NCBI GenBank assembly: GCA_026134025.1
Contig: JAOQII010000002.1
Span: forward strand, 6,008-70,007
Origin: Candidatus Syntropharchaeum sp.
Lineage (GTDB): Archaea > Halobacteriota > Syntropharchaeia > Syntropharchaeales > Syntropharchaeaceae
Reading direction: 5' to 3'
Length of the DNA stretch: 64,000 nt
Shown here: piece after piece, positions 48,816 through 59,070 of the stretch
Position numbering within the stretch: the stretch's first letter is position 1
Layout: every line of letters starts with the position of its first letter
Position numbers and translations under genes: made by a program
The notes under the pieces: generated by a model
Told to the model about the DNA's origin: nothing
What the model saw: only the letters and a program-made list of their open reading frames with translations
The model's database searches: none

Positions 48816-50492
48816 TTATATATTGAACGGAATCGATTCTGGACCTTTGCGGTAGAAGTCAACAAAGATCTGGTTCACCTGATAATAATCTGTTATACCA
48901 AGTTCGAGCATTCGTTCGATTATCCTTGCCCGATACATCATATCTTCATATATCTTACGCTTATCCTCGTAACCGAGCGTTTCTGCGATTTTCTGTTCAA
49001 GAATGTATGAGTTATTCATTCCCCTGAAAAAGTGTCTGTCCATTCCCGGATCCCACTGGAATACCGCCCTTGTTACAACTCCACCTGCGTCTGCATAATA
49101 CCCCTCGATCTCATCGATGGACGTGCACCTTCTCAGGAACTTTCCCTTTCGGTAAACCGCCTGCTGGATGAGAGCGATGTTGAGATTATCGATGAACGTG
49201 ATCGGAACGTTGATTGGATCACCTGTGAAACGCTGGATCATCTTTCCCACAGATGAGGCATGGAATGTGGCGAGCACTGGATGTCCTGTCTGCATTGCCT
49301 GGAATGCGACAGCGCCTTCTGCACCCCGAATCTCGCCCACGATGATGTAGTTGGGTCTTGACCTCAAAGCTGCTTTCAGGAGATCGAAGAGGGTTACCCG
49401 TGAGTCTTCAGGTCCCTCATCACGGGTTATCAACTGCTGCCAGATATCATGCGGTGGAAGTACCTCTGCTGTATCCTCTGCTGTGAATATCTTTGATTGA
49501 GGCAGGATAAACGGAAGCATTGCGTTCAGTGCGGTTGTTTTACCCGATGCGGTCTCACCGCAGACAAATATACTCATACCATTCTCAAGACAGAGCCATA
49601 GATAGCCTGCAGCCTCTGCACTCAGCGTACCCCACCCAACGAGCTGAACGATACTTATAGGTGTTGAAGAGAACTTTCTGATCGTGAAGCTTGAACCGCG
49701 CCTGCTCACATCGTTCGAGTATATCGCGTTCAGTCTTGAACCATCGGGAAGCGCGCCGTCAACGATCGGATGTGCCTCTGATACGGGTCGCCCAATCCGC
49801 TCGCACATCCCGCGCAGAAATCTTGTAAGCTCGAGGTCATCTTTGAATCTAACATTTGTTCGGGTCATATCGAAGATCTTGTGGATGATATGGATATACC
49901 CTGTACCGATCGAATGTATGTCTTCGATATATGGATCACGAATCAGCGGCTCTATGACTCCACTCCCGATGATATCACGCTCGATGAAGTACCTGATATG
50001 ATCGTATTCAAGCCCGGTCATCCTGACCTTCTTTTGTTTAACGAAATTGAACTTCCGCTTCTTCTCATCTGTTTCTTCTTCTGCTTCATCCGTTACTATC
50101 ACGGACTCACGTAAGAGTTTATTTATTACCTCTCGCAATTCCTCCTCTTTCTCAGGGACGGGTTCATAAGGAGCCTTTTCAAGAACGATCTCAAGCACTC
50201 TATCATATTTTGTTTTTTCGACATCATTTAGAACGGGTTCGATCGCGTGATATTTTATCACTCCTTCTGCATCATCCAGATAAACGTGGATGAATATAGG
50301 ATCGCCGACCGGATAGATGATGTTGAGTGCCTCTTTTGAGATATCTCTGCCAACCTGAACCATAAATTCTGGTAATTTCTTCTTATTCGCCTTCCAGCGC
50401 TTCAGGTATTCTCCAAGATGTGGATTATTCTTTACCGCGGTCTTGAATGTTCTATCTGTCGCTGCCATTTTCCCCCCTTTTAAACTCACCAT
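48816..50492 (-). CDS. arlI: Archaellum/type IV filament ATPase ArlI (FlaI)
   Basis: IIYPVGDPIFIH, GETASGKTT, LRSRPNYIIVGEIRG, QTGH. Confidence 0.9.
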   Translation of the reverse strand: MVSLKGGKMAATDRTFKTAVKNNPHLGEYLKRWKANKKKLPEFMVQVGRDISKEALNIIYPVGDPIFIHVYLDDAEGVIKYHAIEPVLNDVEKTKYDRVLEIVLEKAPYEPVPEKEEELREVINKLLRESVIVTDEAEEETDEKKRKFNFVKQKKVRMTGLEYDHIRYFIERDIIGSGVIEPLIRDPYIEDIHSIGTGYIHIIHKIFDMTRTNVRFKDDLELTRFLRGMCERIGRPVSEAHPIVDGALPDGSRLNAIYSNDVSRRGSSFTIRKFSSTPISIVQLVGWGTLSAEAAGYLWLCLENGMSIFVCGETASGKTTALNAMLPFILPQSKIFTAEDTAEVLPPHDIWQQLITRDEGPEDSRVTLFDLLKAALRSRPNYIIVGEIRGAEGAVAFQAMQTGHPVLATFHASSVGKMIQRFTGDPINVPITFIDNLNIALIQQAVYRKGKFLRRCTSIDEIEGYYADAGGVVTRAVFQWDPGMDRHFFRGMNNSYILEQKIAETLGYEDKRKIYEDMMYRARIIERMLELGITDYYQVNQIFVDFYRKGPESIPFNI

Positions 50493-50559
50493 TTAATTGT
50501 TTGAGATGTTATAAAAAGTTTCTTTGGTGTCTAAAGATATATTTTATTCTATTTAGTTA

Positions 50560-50892
50560 TTATTCTTCATTTTCAGTATTTTCCCCTTCTTCGTCGATTC
50601 TACCTGTGTACTCAAGATACCAGCTCAGGAACTCGGTGTACACAATGACGGATAAGAACCCAGCCCATACCGCAAGGAGTACATGGATATTACATATCGA
50701 TATCGCACCATTTACGCCCGCGAAAAGTTCAAAGGAGAAGAACTTAAGGCTCTGTTCAGGTATTGTGATGATACCTATAATCGGTATAAAGAACATCAAA
50801 GCAGCACCAACACGAGATGAAATATAGGTGATTATCAGTGCTACCATAACCGCGTACACGAGAAAGAATAGTAATGAAGTTATAATATTCAT
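50560..50892 (-). CDS. Small membrane protein (paralog of the adjacent gene)
   Basis: 3-TM; NIHVLLAVWAGFLSVIVYTEFLSWY. Confidence 0.75.
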   Translation of the reverse strand: MNIITSLLFFLVYAVMVALIITYISSRVGAALMFFIPIIGIITIPEQSLKFFSFELFAGVNGAISICNIHVLLAVWAGFLSVIVYTEFLSWYLEYTGRIDEEGENTENEE

Positions 50893-50911
50893 CTAAACCC
50901 CCCTCACATAA

Positions 50912-51451
50912 CTATTTAATATTGTTCTCCATAGTATAAATGATTTCGTTACCCTTCTCTGGGGTTATATCTTCATCAGCCGCGGATATTTTACCTTTCC
51001 AGTTCTTCCAGTTAGCCACCATCTCTTTCATCTCATTGAGTTCAACCACCTCATCATCACTGAAACTACCCATAACGTTCTCTGCTTTCAATTTTATGGG
51101 AGAGGACGCATCATCCAGCGAATAAACCGGCTCTGTAGTGTCCTTGATATTGTCTTCCTGACGTATATAGCTCATATACCAGCTCAAGAACTCGGTATAC
51201 AGAACGATAGCCAAGAACGCAGCCCATACAGCAAGTAGTACGTGGATATTGTGCACCGCAATCATGCCATCCATACATGTAAAGAGTTTGAAAGAGAGAA
51301 ACTCAGCCATATGCTCAGGTATGATCAAGACCCCGATTAGTGGTATGATCAGCATGAGCGCCGTACCGATGAGTGTCGAGATGTAGATCAGGATAAGCCC
51401 TATAAGAACAGTATATAGGATAAGAATCAGTATAGAAACGAAAAACTCCAT
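50912..51451 (-). CDS. Membrane protein with acidic tail (paralog of the adjacent gene)
   Basis: 3-TM; NIHVLLAVWAAFLAIVLYTEFLSWY. Confidence 0.75.
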   Translation of the reverse strand: MEFFVSILILILYTVLIGLILIYISTLIGTALMLIIPLIGVLIIPEHMAEFLSFKLFTCMDGMIAVHNIHVLLAVWAAFLAIVLYTEFLSWYMSYIRQEDNIKDTTEPVYSLDDASSPIKLKAENVMGSFSDDEVVELNEMKEMVANWKNWKGKISAADEDITPEKGNEIIYTMENNIK

Positions 51452-52675
51452 TTAACCACCTTTGAATCGCTTTATAACAAGCGCAATCGTCCCGAGTATG
51501 CCCCCTATCATGGCCCCCATCACTATAAACGATTTTGTTAAAAAGAAACCCATCGCGCGTCTTGTGAAATCTCCTGTGGCGTTATCCTCTGGCCTATCTG
51601 ATCTGCTGGACTCATTGGAGGTTTCATTCTCGATGCTCTCCCACCGGTCAAAAGTCTCAATGACCGTGGGTCTTGAGATGTTGGCAGGTTCTATCGATAG
51701 GGGTTTTTCCAGGAGTGTGATCGATAAAGGAGAGGTCATCGTCAGGCTACAGGGGGATGTTGAGTTTCCAACCGTCTCTACTGTGTAGTTCAGGAAGGTT
51801 GGAGGCACGGAATCTGCGTATATGGTTGTTGCAAGTAGATTAAAGCTCACAGATCCGTTTTTATCGGTGGTTGAGTCTCCTATTATGTTATCATTCTCAT
51901 CAAGTATCAGAACCTCTCTTCCCTCTACAGATTCGTGCGTGGCATTTTTAACCACGACTTCGAGGGTGTTGTAGACTGGAATTACTGGATCTCCAAGTAC
52001 GGTCAGGTTTGACCAGTCGAGATACGCATCGCTGATCTGGATCAATGGATCACCACCAGAAAAGATACTCCCAATTGTGACGTCTCCAGTCAGCGTCACA
52101 TCATTGATATTCAGGTACTCAAGACAGATGAAATCGATCTTTGAAGATATGATCTCAGAACCCTCAAGGTTCATAAATACAGAAGCTAAATTTACGTTAT
52201 CTGCTTGAACGCCAGCGTCATCAAACTCCACAACTCTTCCTTCCCCTGTAAGGTTGGTCGCGTCGATCGTTGATGATACAGATCGTATCTCAGTGGCCTG
52301 AATCTGGATCTCGTTTGCAGTTATGCTTGAATTCGTGATCTGGATCGCTTTCATCGAAGATCCTGTGATCGTTGATGCATTTACCACCGATGAGGACACG
52401 ATGAGTGTAGCGTTGGTCTCCATCAAAATCGCTGTACTATCATTTTTCCACCGTCTTATGCTTGTGTTCTTCAATATGAGCGTCGCATCAGGCTCGATAG
52501 TTATATTCTCGCCTATAAAGAGATCGTCAGCCTCGATCGTCATCGTCTCACCCTCCTCCACCACGAGCACCTTTACGCCTCTTGCAAGGGCCGGCTCGCC
52601 CGAGCATATAATAAAAATTAGCATAATTAAGGATATTAAATATATACAATGATATATTTTTTCATTAAGAGGCAT
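51452..52675 (-). CDS. Secreted, membrane-anchored surface protein (beta-strand repeat-like)
   Basis: N-terminal hydrophobic signal, S/T/N/I-rich body with many N-x-S/T sequons, C-terminal TM plus KRFK. Confidence 0.7.
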   Translation of the reverse strand: MPLNEKIYHCIYLISLIMLIFIICSGEPALARGVKVLVVEEGETMTIEADDLFIGENITIEPDATLILKNTSIRRWKNDSTAILMETNATLIVSSSVVNASTITGSSMKAIQITNSSITANEIQIQATEIRSVSSTIDATNLTGEGRVVEFDDAGVQADNVNLASVFMNLEGSEIISSKIDFICLEYLNINDVTLTGDVTIGSIFSGGDPLIQISDAYLDWSNLTVLGDPVIPVYNTLEVVVKNATHESVEGREVLILDENDNIIGDSTTDKNGSVSFNLLATTIYADSVPPTFLNYTVETVGNSTSPCSLTMTSPLSITLLEKPLSIEPANISRPTVIETFDRWESIENETSNESSRSDRPEDNATGDFTRRAMGFFLTKSFIVMGAMIGGILGTIALVIKRFKGG

Positions 52676-52793
52676 AAAATATTATTGTAGTTAGATTTAT
52701 TAAGGGTTTTGGTTGCGTCTAAAATAGAGATATTTCTTGAACCACTCCCAACCCTTATAAACTACCATAGCTGAAATTAGATAGGCGATTTCG

Positions 52794-54044
52794 ATGAAAG
52801 ATGCTTGGGTTAAAGATATAGAGCTTGCAGATACTGGTAATGATCGGATCGAGTGGGCGAGGCGCCACATGCCGGTCCTTGAACTCATAAAGACGAGGTT
52901 CGAAGAGGAGAAGCCACTTGAGGGCATTAAGATCGCGGCATGCTTGCATGTCACGGTCGAGACGGCAAACCTCATAAAGACGCTTAAAGCCGGGGGTGCA
53001 GAGATCGCACTTGCAGGATCGAATCCGTTGAGCACGCAGGATGATGTCGCGGCTGCACTCGCTCGTGAGGGTATCTGGGTCTATGCGTTTCGGGAGAATG
53101 CAGAGGCGTATTATGACTGTCTTGATGCCGCACTTGAGATCAGACCTGATATTGTACTGGATGACGGGGCTGATACGATTGCACGCATCCATGAACTTCA
53201 TCCTGACTGGCTGCACTCGATCAGAGGAGGGTGTGAGGAGACAACGACCGGAGTCATCCGACTGAGGGCACTTGAGAAATCTGAAAAACTCGGTTTTCCT
53301 GTGATCGCGGTTAATGATGCTGAGACGAAGATGATGTTCGATAATCGGTATGGGACCGGACAATCGACACTTCATGGGATCATGAACGCAACCAACCTCC
53401 TCTTTGCAGGCAAGAAGGTCGTGGTTGTCGGGTATGGCTGGTGTGGCAGAGGTGTTGCGATGCGCGCCAGGGGGATTGGTGCAAACGTGATCGTGGTAGA
53501 GGTCAGTCCGAGAAAAGCCCTTGAGGCTGCGATGGATGGATACCAGGTGATGTCGATGCGCGATGCTGCAAAGATTGGAGAGATATTCATCACGGTCACA
53601 GGGAATACATCGGTTATAAGGGGTGAACACATCGAGCTTATGCAGGATCAGGTGGTTCTTGCAAACTCAGGCCACTTCAATGTCGAGATCTCGACAAAGG
53701 ATCTTGAGTCACTCGCGGTCTCTAAAGAACAGGTCAAAGAGGAGATCGATGAGTATAAAATGGCTGATGGAAGGCGAATTTATCTCTTGAGTGGGGGACG
53801 GCTCATAAATCTGGCAGCAGCATACGGACATCCTCCTGATGTGATGGATATGTCCTTTGCAAATCAGGCGCTCGCTGTTGAGTACATCGCAAAGGCAGAG
53901 GGACTTGGAAGAAAAGTCTATGGTGTACCGATCGAGATCGATGAACGGGTTGCAGAACTCAAGCTCGAGGCGATGGGGATTACGATCGAGAAGCTCACCT
54001 CAGAACAGCGAGCATATTTATCATCCTGGGATCTGGGGACGTGA
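52794..54044 (+). CDS. ahcY: Adenosylhomocysteinase
   Basis: [32 protein letters not shown]. Confidence 0.97.
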   Translation: MKDAWVKDIELADTGNDRIEWARRHMPVLELIKTRFEEEKPLEGIKIAACLHVTVETANLIKTLKAGGAEIALAGSNPLSTQDDVAAALAREGIWVYAFRENAEAYYDCLDAALEIRPDIVLDDGADTIARIHELHPDWLHSIRGGCEETTTGVIRLRALEKSEKLGFPVIAVNDAETKMMFDNRYGTGQSTLHGIMNATNLLFAGKKVVVVGYGWCGRGVAMRARGIGANVIVVEVSPRKALEAAMDGYQVMSMRDAAKIGEIFITVTGNTSVIRGEHIELMQDQVVLANSGHFNVEISTKDLESLAVSKEQVKEEIDEYKMADGRRIYLLSGGRLINLAAAYGHPPDVMDMSFANQALAVEYIAKAEGLGRKVYGVPIEIDERVAELKLEAMGITIEKLTSEQRAYLSSWDLGT

Positions 54045-54050
54045 ATATCC

Positions 54051-54839
54051 CTATGCTTTCCCTCTCACCCGCTCTAAAATTGCCTCTTCTTCGCAATTTA
54101 CGCCAAATTTCTTGAAATATCTGCAGATATTATGAACATCCCGCTTCAGGAATTCTTCTGCGTTCGGGTGATCCAGTGTCACACCCTGCCCTATATCGAT
54201 AAAAACAGGCATCGCATCCGTTCCATCCCCTCCTTCAACAAGGATATTGAACTCAGAGAGATCTGCATGAACGAGTGAGGCTTTCTGATAGAGCTTCGCG
54301 GTATAATCGATCACAATCTCGAAGAATGAAGCAGGATCTTCAAGCTGATCACCCACATCTTTCAATCTTGGTGCATGCATTTCACCTTTGCCGATAAATT
54401 CCATTATCAGGATATTTCGCTCTGAAACAATCGGCTCAGGAACTCTCACGCCGACTTCTTGCGCCCGCATCAAATTCTTGAACTCTTTTTTAGTCCATTC
54501 AAAGACAATAGACTTTTTAGAATGCCTGATATTTGCAAATCGTGGATCTCCCAGGAGATAATCCGTCATCGCCTTGAAGTTTGATGTTGTGATACGGTAG
54601 ATCTTTATGGCAAGTCCTCTTTCGGCCTCGCCAAGCGCATAGAAGACGTTCGCCTCTTTACCTGTGCTGATCGAGCCGCCCATCGCTGTGATGAAGCCTT
54701 TATTCACAAGCCTGTAGAGGGCTTCAAGTGTTGGTTTATCAAAGACATCCTCCTCTACTTTGAAATCTTCTACCCCCTGATCCCGTATATGGAGTTTTGA
54801 GATCTCTGCTTCGATCTTTCTGAAGATTTTATCGGTCAT
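54051..54839 (-). CDS. rio1: RIO1 family serine kinase
   Basis: STGKEANVF, VHADLSEFN, IDIGQ. Confidence 0.95.
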   Translation of the reverse strand: MTDKIFRKIEAEISKLHIRDQGVEDFKVEEDVFDKPTLEALYRLVNKGFITAMGGSISTGKEANVFYALGEAERGLAIKIYRITTSNFKAMTDYLLGDPRFANIRHSKKSIVFEWTKKEFKNLMRAQEVGVRVPEPIVSERNILIMEFIGKGEMHAPRLKDVGDQLEDPASFFEIVIDYTAKLYQKASLVHADLSEFNILVEGGDGTDAMPVFIDIGQGVTLDHPNAEEFLKRDVHNICRYFKKFGVNCEEEAILERVRGKA

Positions 54840-54853
54840 CTGTCACCTGACTT

Positions 54854-55153
54854 TTAAGCACCTTTAAGGTACCCTCTTTTCCTCAGCCATTCAACCTGTG
54901 GATGTGTGTACCTCCAGACAACCTCTGCCTTCTCATCCTGAAAGTCCCATGGTATCACGATAACAATATCACCTTCGCGCACCCAGACTTTCTTCTTCAT
55001 CTTTCCGATGATCCGTCCCATCCTCGTCTTACCGTCAAGGCATCGAACTCTGATCCTGCTTGAGCCGAGCATGCTCTCAACGACTCCAAGGATCTCGCCC
55101 TTATCCTTTCGCGGTGTCCTGACCCGTATTACTTCACCAGTTTCTTCTACCAG
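54854..55153 (-). CDS. eif1a: Translation initiation factor aIF-1A
   Basis: [41 protein letters not shown]; start proposed at CTG 55153. Confidence 0.92.
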   Translation of the reverse strand: MVEETGEVIRVRTPRKDKGEILGVVESMLGSSRIRVRCLDGKTRMGRIIGKMKKKVWVREGDIVIVIPWDFQDEKAEVVWRYTHPQVEWLRKRGYLKGA

Positions 55154-55192
55154 TTCATCACCTCAGATCTAATCATAGATGTAACTCAAGGT

Positions 55193-55840
55193 TTAAACCT
55201 TTTCGGCTCTCCATCGAAGAAGCACCCCATCTCCAACCCGTTCAAGATCTATGAGTTCGAGTGGCATGAATCGATCATCCTTCGAGAAGCCATCGCCATC
55301 AACGAGCGTTGGGGCGTTCTTTCCGCCAATTACGAGATTTCCGATGAATGTATATATTTCATCGACGAGCCCCTCCTTCAAGAGCGACCAGTTAAGCGTA
55401 CCGCCACCCTCGACCATCAGACGGTTCAAACCCTGCCTTTTTAGTTCGATGAGCCCTGCTCTTAGATCAACTCGCTCGGTTCCAACAATTACGATCTCTG
55501 CATTCTCAGATAAAGCATTTATACGCTCAAGTGGGGCATTCTCTGAGACCAGGATGATACGTTTACCCTCTCCTTTATTGAGGATCTCAGCATCAGGCGG
55601 TGTTCTGGCGAGGCTATCTACAACGACCCTCACAGGATTTGGATAACCTTTTGCCTTCACGGTGAGGGACGGATCATCTGCAAGAATGGTTCCAACCCCG
55701 ACCATGATCGCATCAGCAGTGCATTTAAGCTCATCCACACGTCTAAAATCCTCTTCACCGCTGATTCTGACCTGAACTCGCTCTTTTGTCGAGATCTTAC
55801 CATCTGCGCTCATCGCGGCATTGATAAAAACAAAAGGCAG
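55193..55840 (-). CDS. 2,5-diamino-6-ribosylamino-4(3H)-pyrimidinone 5'-phosphate reductase (RibD C-terminal family)
   Basis: (PFVFINAA)MSADGKI, VGVGTILADDPSLT, MVEGGGTL; start uncertain. Confidence 0.88.
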   Translation of the reverse strand: MPFVFINAAMSADGKISTKERVQVRISGEEDFRRVDELKCTADAIMVGVGTILADDPSLTVKAKGYPNPVRVVVDSLARTPPDAEILNKGEGKRIILVSENAPLERINALSENAEIVIVGTERVDLRAGLIELKRQGLNRLMVEGGGTLNWSLLKEGLVDEIYTFIGNLVIGGKNAPTLVDGDGFSKDDRFMPLELIDLERVGDGVLLRWRAEKV

Positions 55841-55850
55841 TGGAAAAGTT

Positions 55851-57038
55851 TCAGAAATCGGTCATCACCCTGCGTTGATCTATCTCTTCTTTATTCAGGG
55901 CTTTGAGGAACCTGCGACAGGCTGCCTCGACATCCTTGCTCTTCGTTATCGCACGTCCAACGATAAGAATATCTGCCCCATTCTCCAGTGCGAGTTCAAC
56001 CGTATCCTCTGTTATTCCCCCTGCAACCCCAACCAGGATCTTTCCAAGCTCCTTTATCGCTTTGATGTTTCCCCAGGCTTCGGTAGAGCCTTCACCATAG
56101 AGTTCAACATCGATCGCACGGTGGAGTTCGACAACTTCGGGAAGTGTCTTTAACCGCTTCAAGACATCAAGAGGTTTCTCCACATTGAGCATATCAATAG
56201 CAGCATAGATCCCAGTCTTTTTTGCTTCCTCTATAGCCTTATCGATCGTCTCGATCGGTGCAAGCCCCGAAATCACGACAGCATCTGCGGTAACGTCAGA
56301 AGCCATCCTGGCCTCCAGATTTCCAGTATCCAAGGTCTTTAAATCTGCAACGATAAACGCATCGGGTTTTATCTCACGGATGCGGGCAACAATATCGAGA
56401 CCGTATCGCTTTATCAATGGCGTTCCTGCCTCGATGATTAAGTGATCGTTCTTTGGCACCTGGGCAAGTACCCTGGATGTCAAGTTCCAATCAGGTACGT
56501 CCAGAGCGATCTGGAGATATGGTGGATCCCATAGCTTTGTAACCCTGAATCCCATAACAGGATGGGTTGAACGATCCTTCTCATACAGCACCTTATCGGC
56601 ATCAGGAAAACCGCTCAGAGCACGCTTCAATGCAAGTTTCGTCGCACCATAGTTGTACCGATAGATCTTATTGTAATCTTTAGCCTCTGGATGAATAAAT
56701 ACGCTCGCAATAATCACCTGATCCTCTGCCTCCTCCTTCTGGATTATTCCCTCATCCATCGCATCTGCAATCGCCTTTGCAACACCTGTCTGAGCCGGAC
56801 CAAAGATCTTTGATGCCTGATCAAGGTTCTTGACCGTCACCTTTGGGACGATCAGCGTGGATGGCTTCACCGGGAGGTTTGGTCTGATCACAGCAAAGAG
56901 CGGTGTGTGACCTGCCGAGAGCTGTGTCATACCATTCGTAAACGCTGTACCGACCGGACCGCTTTTGCTTCCTATTACAAGATCGATATGTGCAAGCTCT
57001 TCGCCCTCACCCATCAATGCCTCGCCTACTTTAAACAA
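55851..57038 (-). CDS. fae-hps: Bifunctional formaldehyde-activating enzyme / 3-hexulose-6-phosphate synthase
   Basis: [13 protein letters not shown] (Fae); [22 protein letters not shown] (HPS). Confidence 0.95.
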   Translation of the reverse strand: MFKVGEALMGEGEELAHIDLVIGSKSGPVGTAFTNGMTQLSAGHTPLFAVIRPNLPVKPSTLIVPKVTVKNLDQASKIFGPAQTGVAKAIADAMDEGIIQKEEAEDQVIIASVFIHPEAKDYNKIYRYNYGATKLALKRALSGFPDADKVLYEKDRSTHPVMGFRVTKLWDPPYLQIALDVPDWNLTSRVLAQVPKNDHLIIEAGTPLIKRYGLDIVARIREIKPDAFIVADLKTLDTGNLEARMASDVTADAVVISGLAPIETIDKAIEEAKKTGIYAAIDMLNVEKPLDVLKRLKTLPEVVELHRAIDVELYGEGSTEAWGNIKAIKELGKILVGVAGGITEDTVELALENGADILIVGRAITKSKDVEAACRRFLKALNKEEIDQRRVMTDF

Positions 57039-57123
57039 GATTTATGCACCCCATTTTCTTGATCTTATCTTCACAGTGGATATATATATAATGTACGTTG
57101 AGCGATATCTGACAGGTGAATTG

Positions 57124-58455
57124 ATGAAGCGAAGCATACCGCCTGTTGGGATGTTCATAGGTGGTTGGGGGATGCGTCTCTCCACGATCACGAAAGCCGC
57201 GCTAACAAAGATCTTTCTTCCAATGCCCATACAGCTTGGTGATCGAGCTAAAATCGCAGAAGAACTACAGCGAGCGGTTTTTGAAACTTTGATGGAGATC
57301 ACCCATGAAGAGGATGTGAAGATACTGGAAGGAATCTCCTGTTTTGGAATACTTGAGGCGATTCCCTTTACCTGTAAAGCTGTGATCAAGATTATTGAAG
57401 AGGGCGAGGATAACTATGAAAACATCGAGCGCAAGGTTGAGGTACTGGTAAAGAGAAAAATAGAGAGCTTTCAAATGAGATATTCAAGAGATCTTGTCAG
57501 AGGACTTGAGCATAAAGTAGTTGAGGGAGATTTTTTGACAGCGTCGTACCCTGCACTCAAAGAAGCGTTATCCAGGATACCTGATACTGAACGGTTGTCC
57601 GCATTCTGGGGAGTATGGCGAGAGACATCGCTTCTTGCAGAGCCTTTGAGCATGTTGAGAGCTTCAGGCATCGATGAGGTTCATGCTGTTGTCGCCGATG
57701 ACCTGGCTGGCTGGTTCAATGCGATATGTGGTGGCAATACTGAAAAACCATCGATCGTTGGGATATTTGAAAAGAAGCGACGAGATACAGGGGGGGCGCT
57801 TGCAAACGCATTTAACGCTTTTGGAAAGCTCAATCTCGATCAGGATGATCCTGTGATTCTTATGAGCGGCGATATCTGGTTCAACTTCTTCCTGAGACCT
57901 GCTGTTGAGAGGCACATGAGAATACAGGAAAAGGTTGATAAGCCAATCTGCACCGTGATTCTATATCCAATCCTTGAGAAGGAAGCATACAGGTTTGGCG
58001 TGATAGATGCAGATTCCCGGGAAGTTGATGGAGGGTTATACCAGATCAAACGGTTCATCGAGAAGCCGCAACCCAGAACACCCGAATGGGATGAGAAGCT
58101 TGTTATTGGGGGAAGAGCACTCATCAACACGGGAATCACGATCTACTCTTATGGGATTCATGATGAGATCGAAGCGATCGACAGCTCTTACGGCGATGAA
58201 AAGTGGAGGGAGGCTGATGTTGTTTTAACGAAGCTTGCAGGGGAAGGTAGGCTTTATGGATACGATGTAGGTCTCCAGCAGGATAAAATCTCGAAGTTCG
58301 ATGGGGCATCGCTCTACTGGGCAGATATCGGGACGATCGATGCTTATATCAAAGAGATTACGAATTGGGGGGTGAATATCATGCCGTTATATCAGATAAT
58401 AGAGAAAAATGTTAAGATAAGAGATTATGCACGGAAAATGGGTCTGATCTGGTGA
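57124..58455 (+). CDS. Sugar-phosphate nucleotidyltransferase-family protein with a large insertion
   Basis: GGWGMRL..ITK...K..LP, DTGGAL, SGD, FIEKP, INTG, YWADIGT; AGGTGA SD. Confidence 0.78.
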   Translation: MKRSIPPVGMFIGGWGMRLSTITKAALTKIFLPMPIQLGDRAKIAEELQRAVFETLMEITHEEDVKILEGISCFGILEAIPFTCKAVIKIIEEGEDNYENIERKVEVLVKRKIESFQMRYSRDLVRGLEHKVVEGDFLTASYPALKEALSRIPDTERLSAFWGVWRETSLLAEPLSMLRASGIDEVHAVVADDLAGWFNAICGGNTEKPSIVGIFEKKRRDTGGALANAFNAFGKLNLDQDDPVILMSGDIWFNFFLRPAVERHMRIQEKVDKPICTVILYPILEKEAYRFGVIDADSREVDGGLYQIKRFIEKPQPRTPEWDEKLVIGGRALINTGITIYSYGIHDEIEAIDSSYGDEKWREADVVLTKLAGEGRLYGYDVGLQQDKISKFDGASLYWADIGTIDAYIKEITNWGVNIMPLYQIIEKNVKIRDYARKMGLIW

Positions 58456-58508
58456 AAGGTTAAAATATATGAGTCGTAAAAATAAAAAAAGAGCATAATC
58501 CTTAAAGA

Positions 58509-59069
58509 TTACGCTTCTCCTCTATTTCCTAATTTTTCGTAGGATACGAACGCTGTAACTTCTCTTCTTGGCGGTGCTTTCCCCTCCTTTGCAGGATGTC
58601 CGAGCGGTATCAACTCCACCACGGTGTATTCATCCGGGAGATCCAGCACCCTCTCAGCCGCCTTGAAGTCGAATAACCCGACATGAACCGTCCCAAGTCC
58701 GATCGAGTGGGCGGCGAGCATCAGGTTATGGATAGCAATGGCTGTATCAAACATTAGCCAGTTATCGCCTCTGTCTGTTGCTGGATTGCCATCATAGTAA
58801 CCAGATTTACCCTTAACAGCACACGCTACAAGAACGATCGGTGCCTGCGTGAAGGCTTTCTTCGCCGGGTTCTTTGTCGTCAGGGTCGCTGCAAGCTTCT
58901 CCTTGGTTTCAGGATCTTTCACAACGATAAACTCCCAGCACTGCGTATTTGCCCACGAGGGGGCCCAGCGTGCAGCCTCAAAGATGAACGCAAGATCGTC
59001 ATCTGTGACAGGTTCATCCGTATAGTTCCTGATGCTTCTTCGCCCTTTTATCGCTTCGATTAGATCCAT
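58509..59069 (-). CDS. Nitroreductase family protein
   Basis: RRSIRNY, APSWANTQCWEF, LAAHSIGLGT. Confidence 0.92.
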   Translation of the reverse strand: MDLIEAIKGRRSIRNYTDEPVTDDDLAFIFEAARWAPSWANTQCWEFIVVKDPETKEKLAATLTTKNPAKKAFTQAPIVLVACAVKGKSGYYDGNPATDRGDNWLMFDTAIAIHNLMLAAHSIGLGTVHVGLFDFKAAERVLDLPDEYTVVELIPLGHPAKEGKAPPRREVTAFVSYEKLGNRGEA

Positions 59070-59070
59070 A

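Noticed and set aside
52755..53630. 291-aa antisense ORF
   Set aside because: Shadow of ahcY
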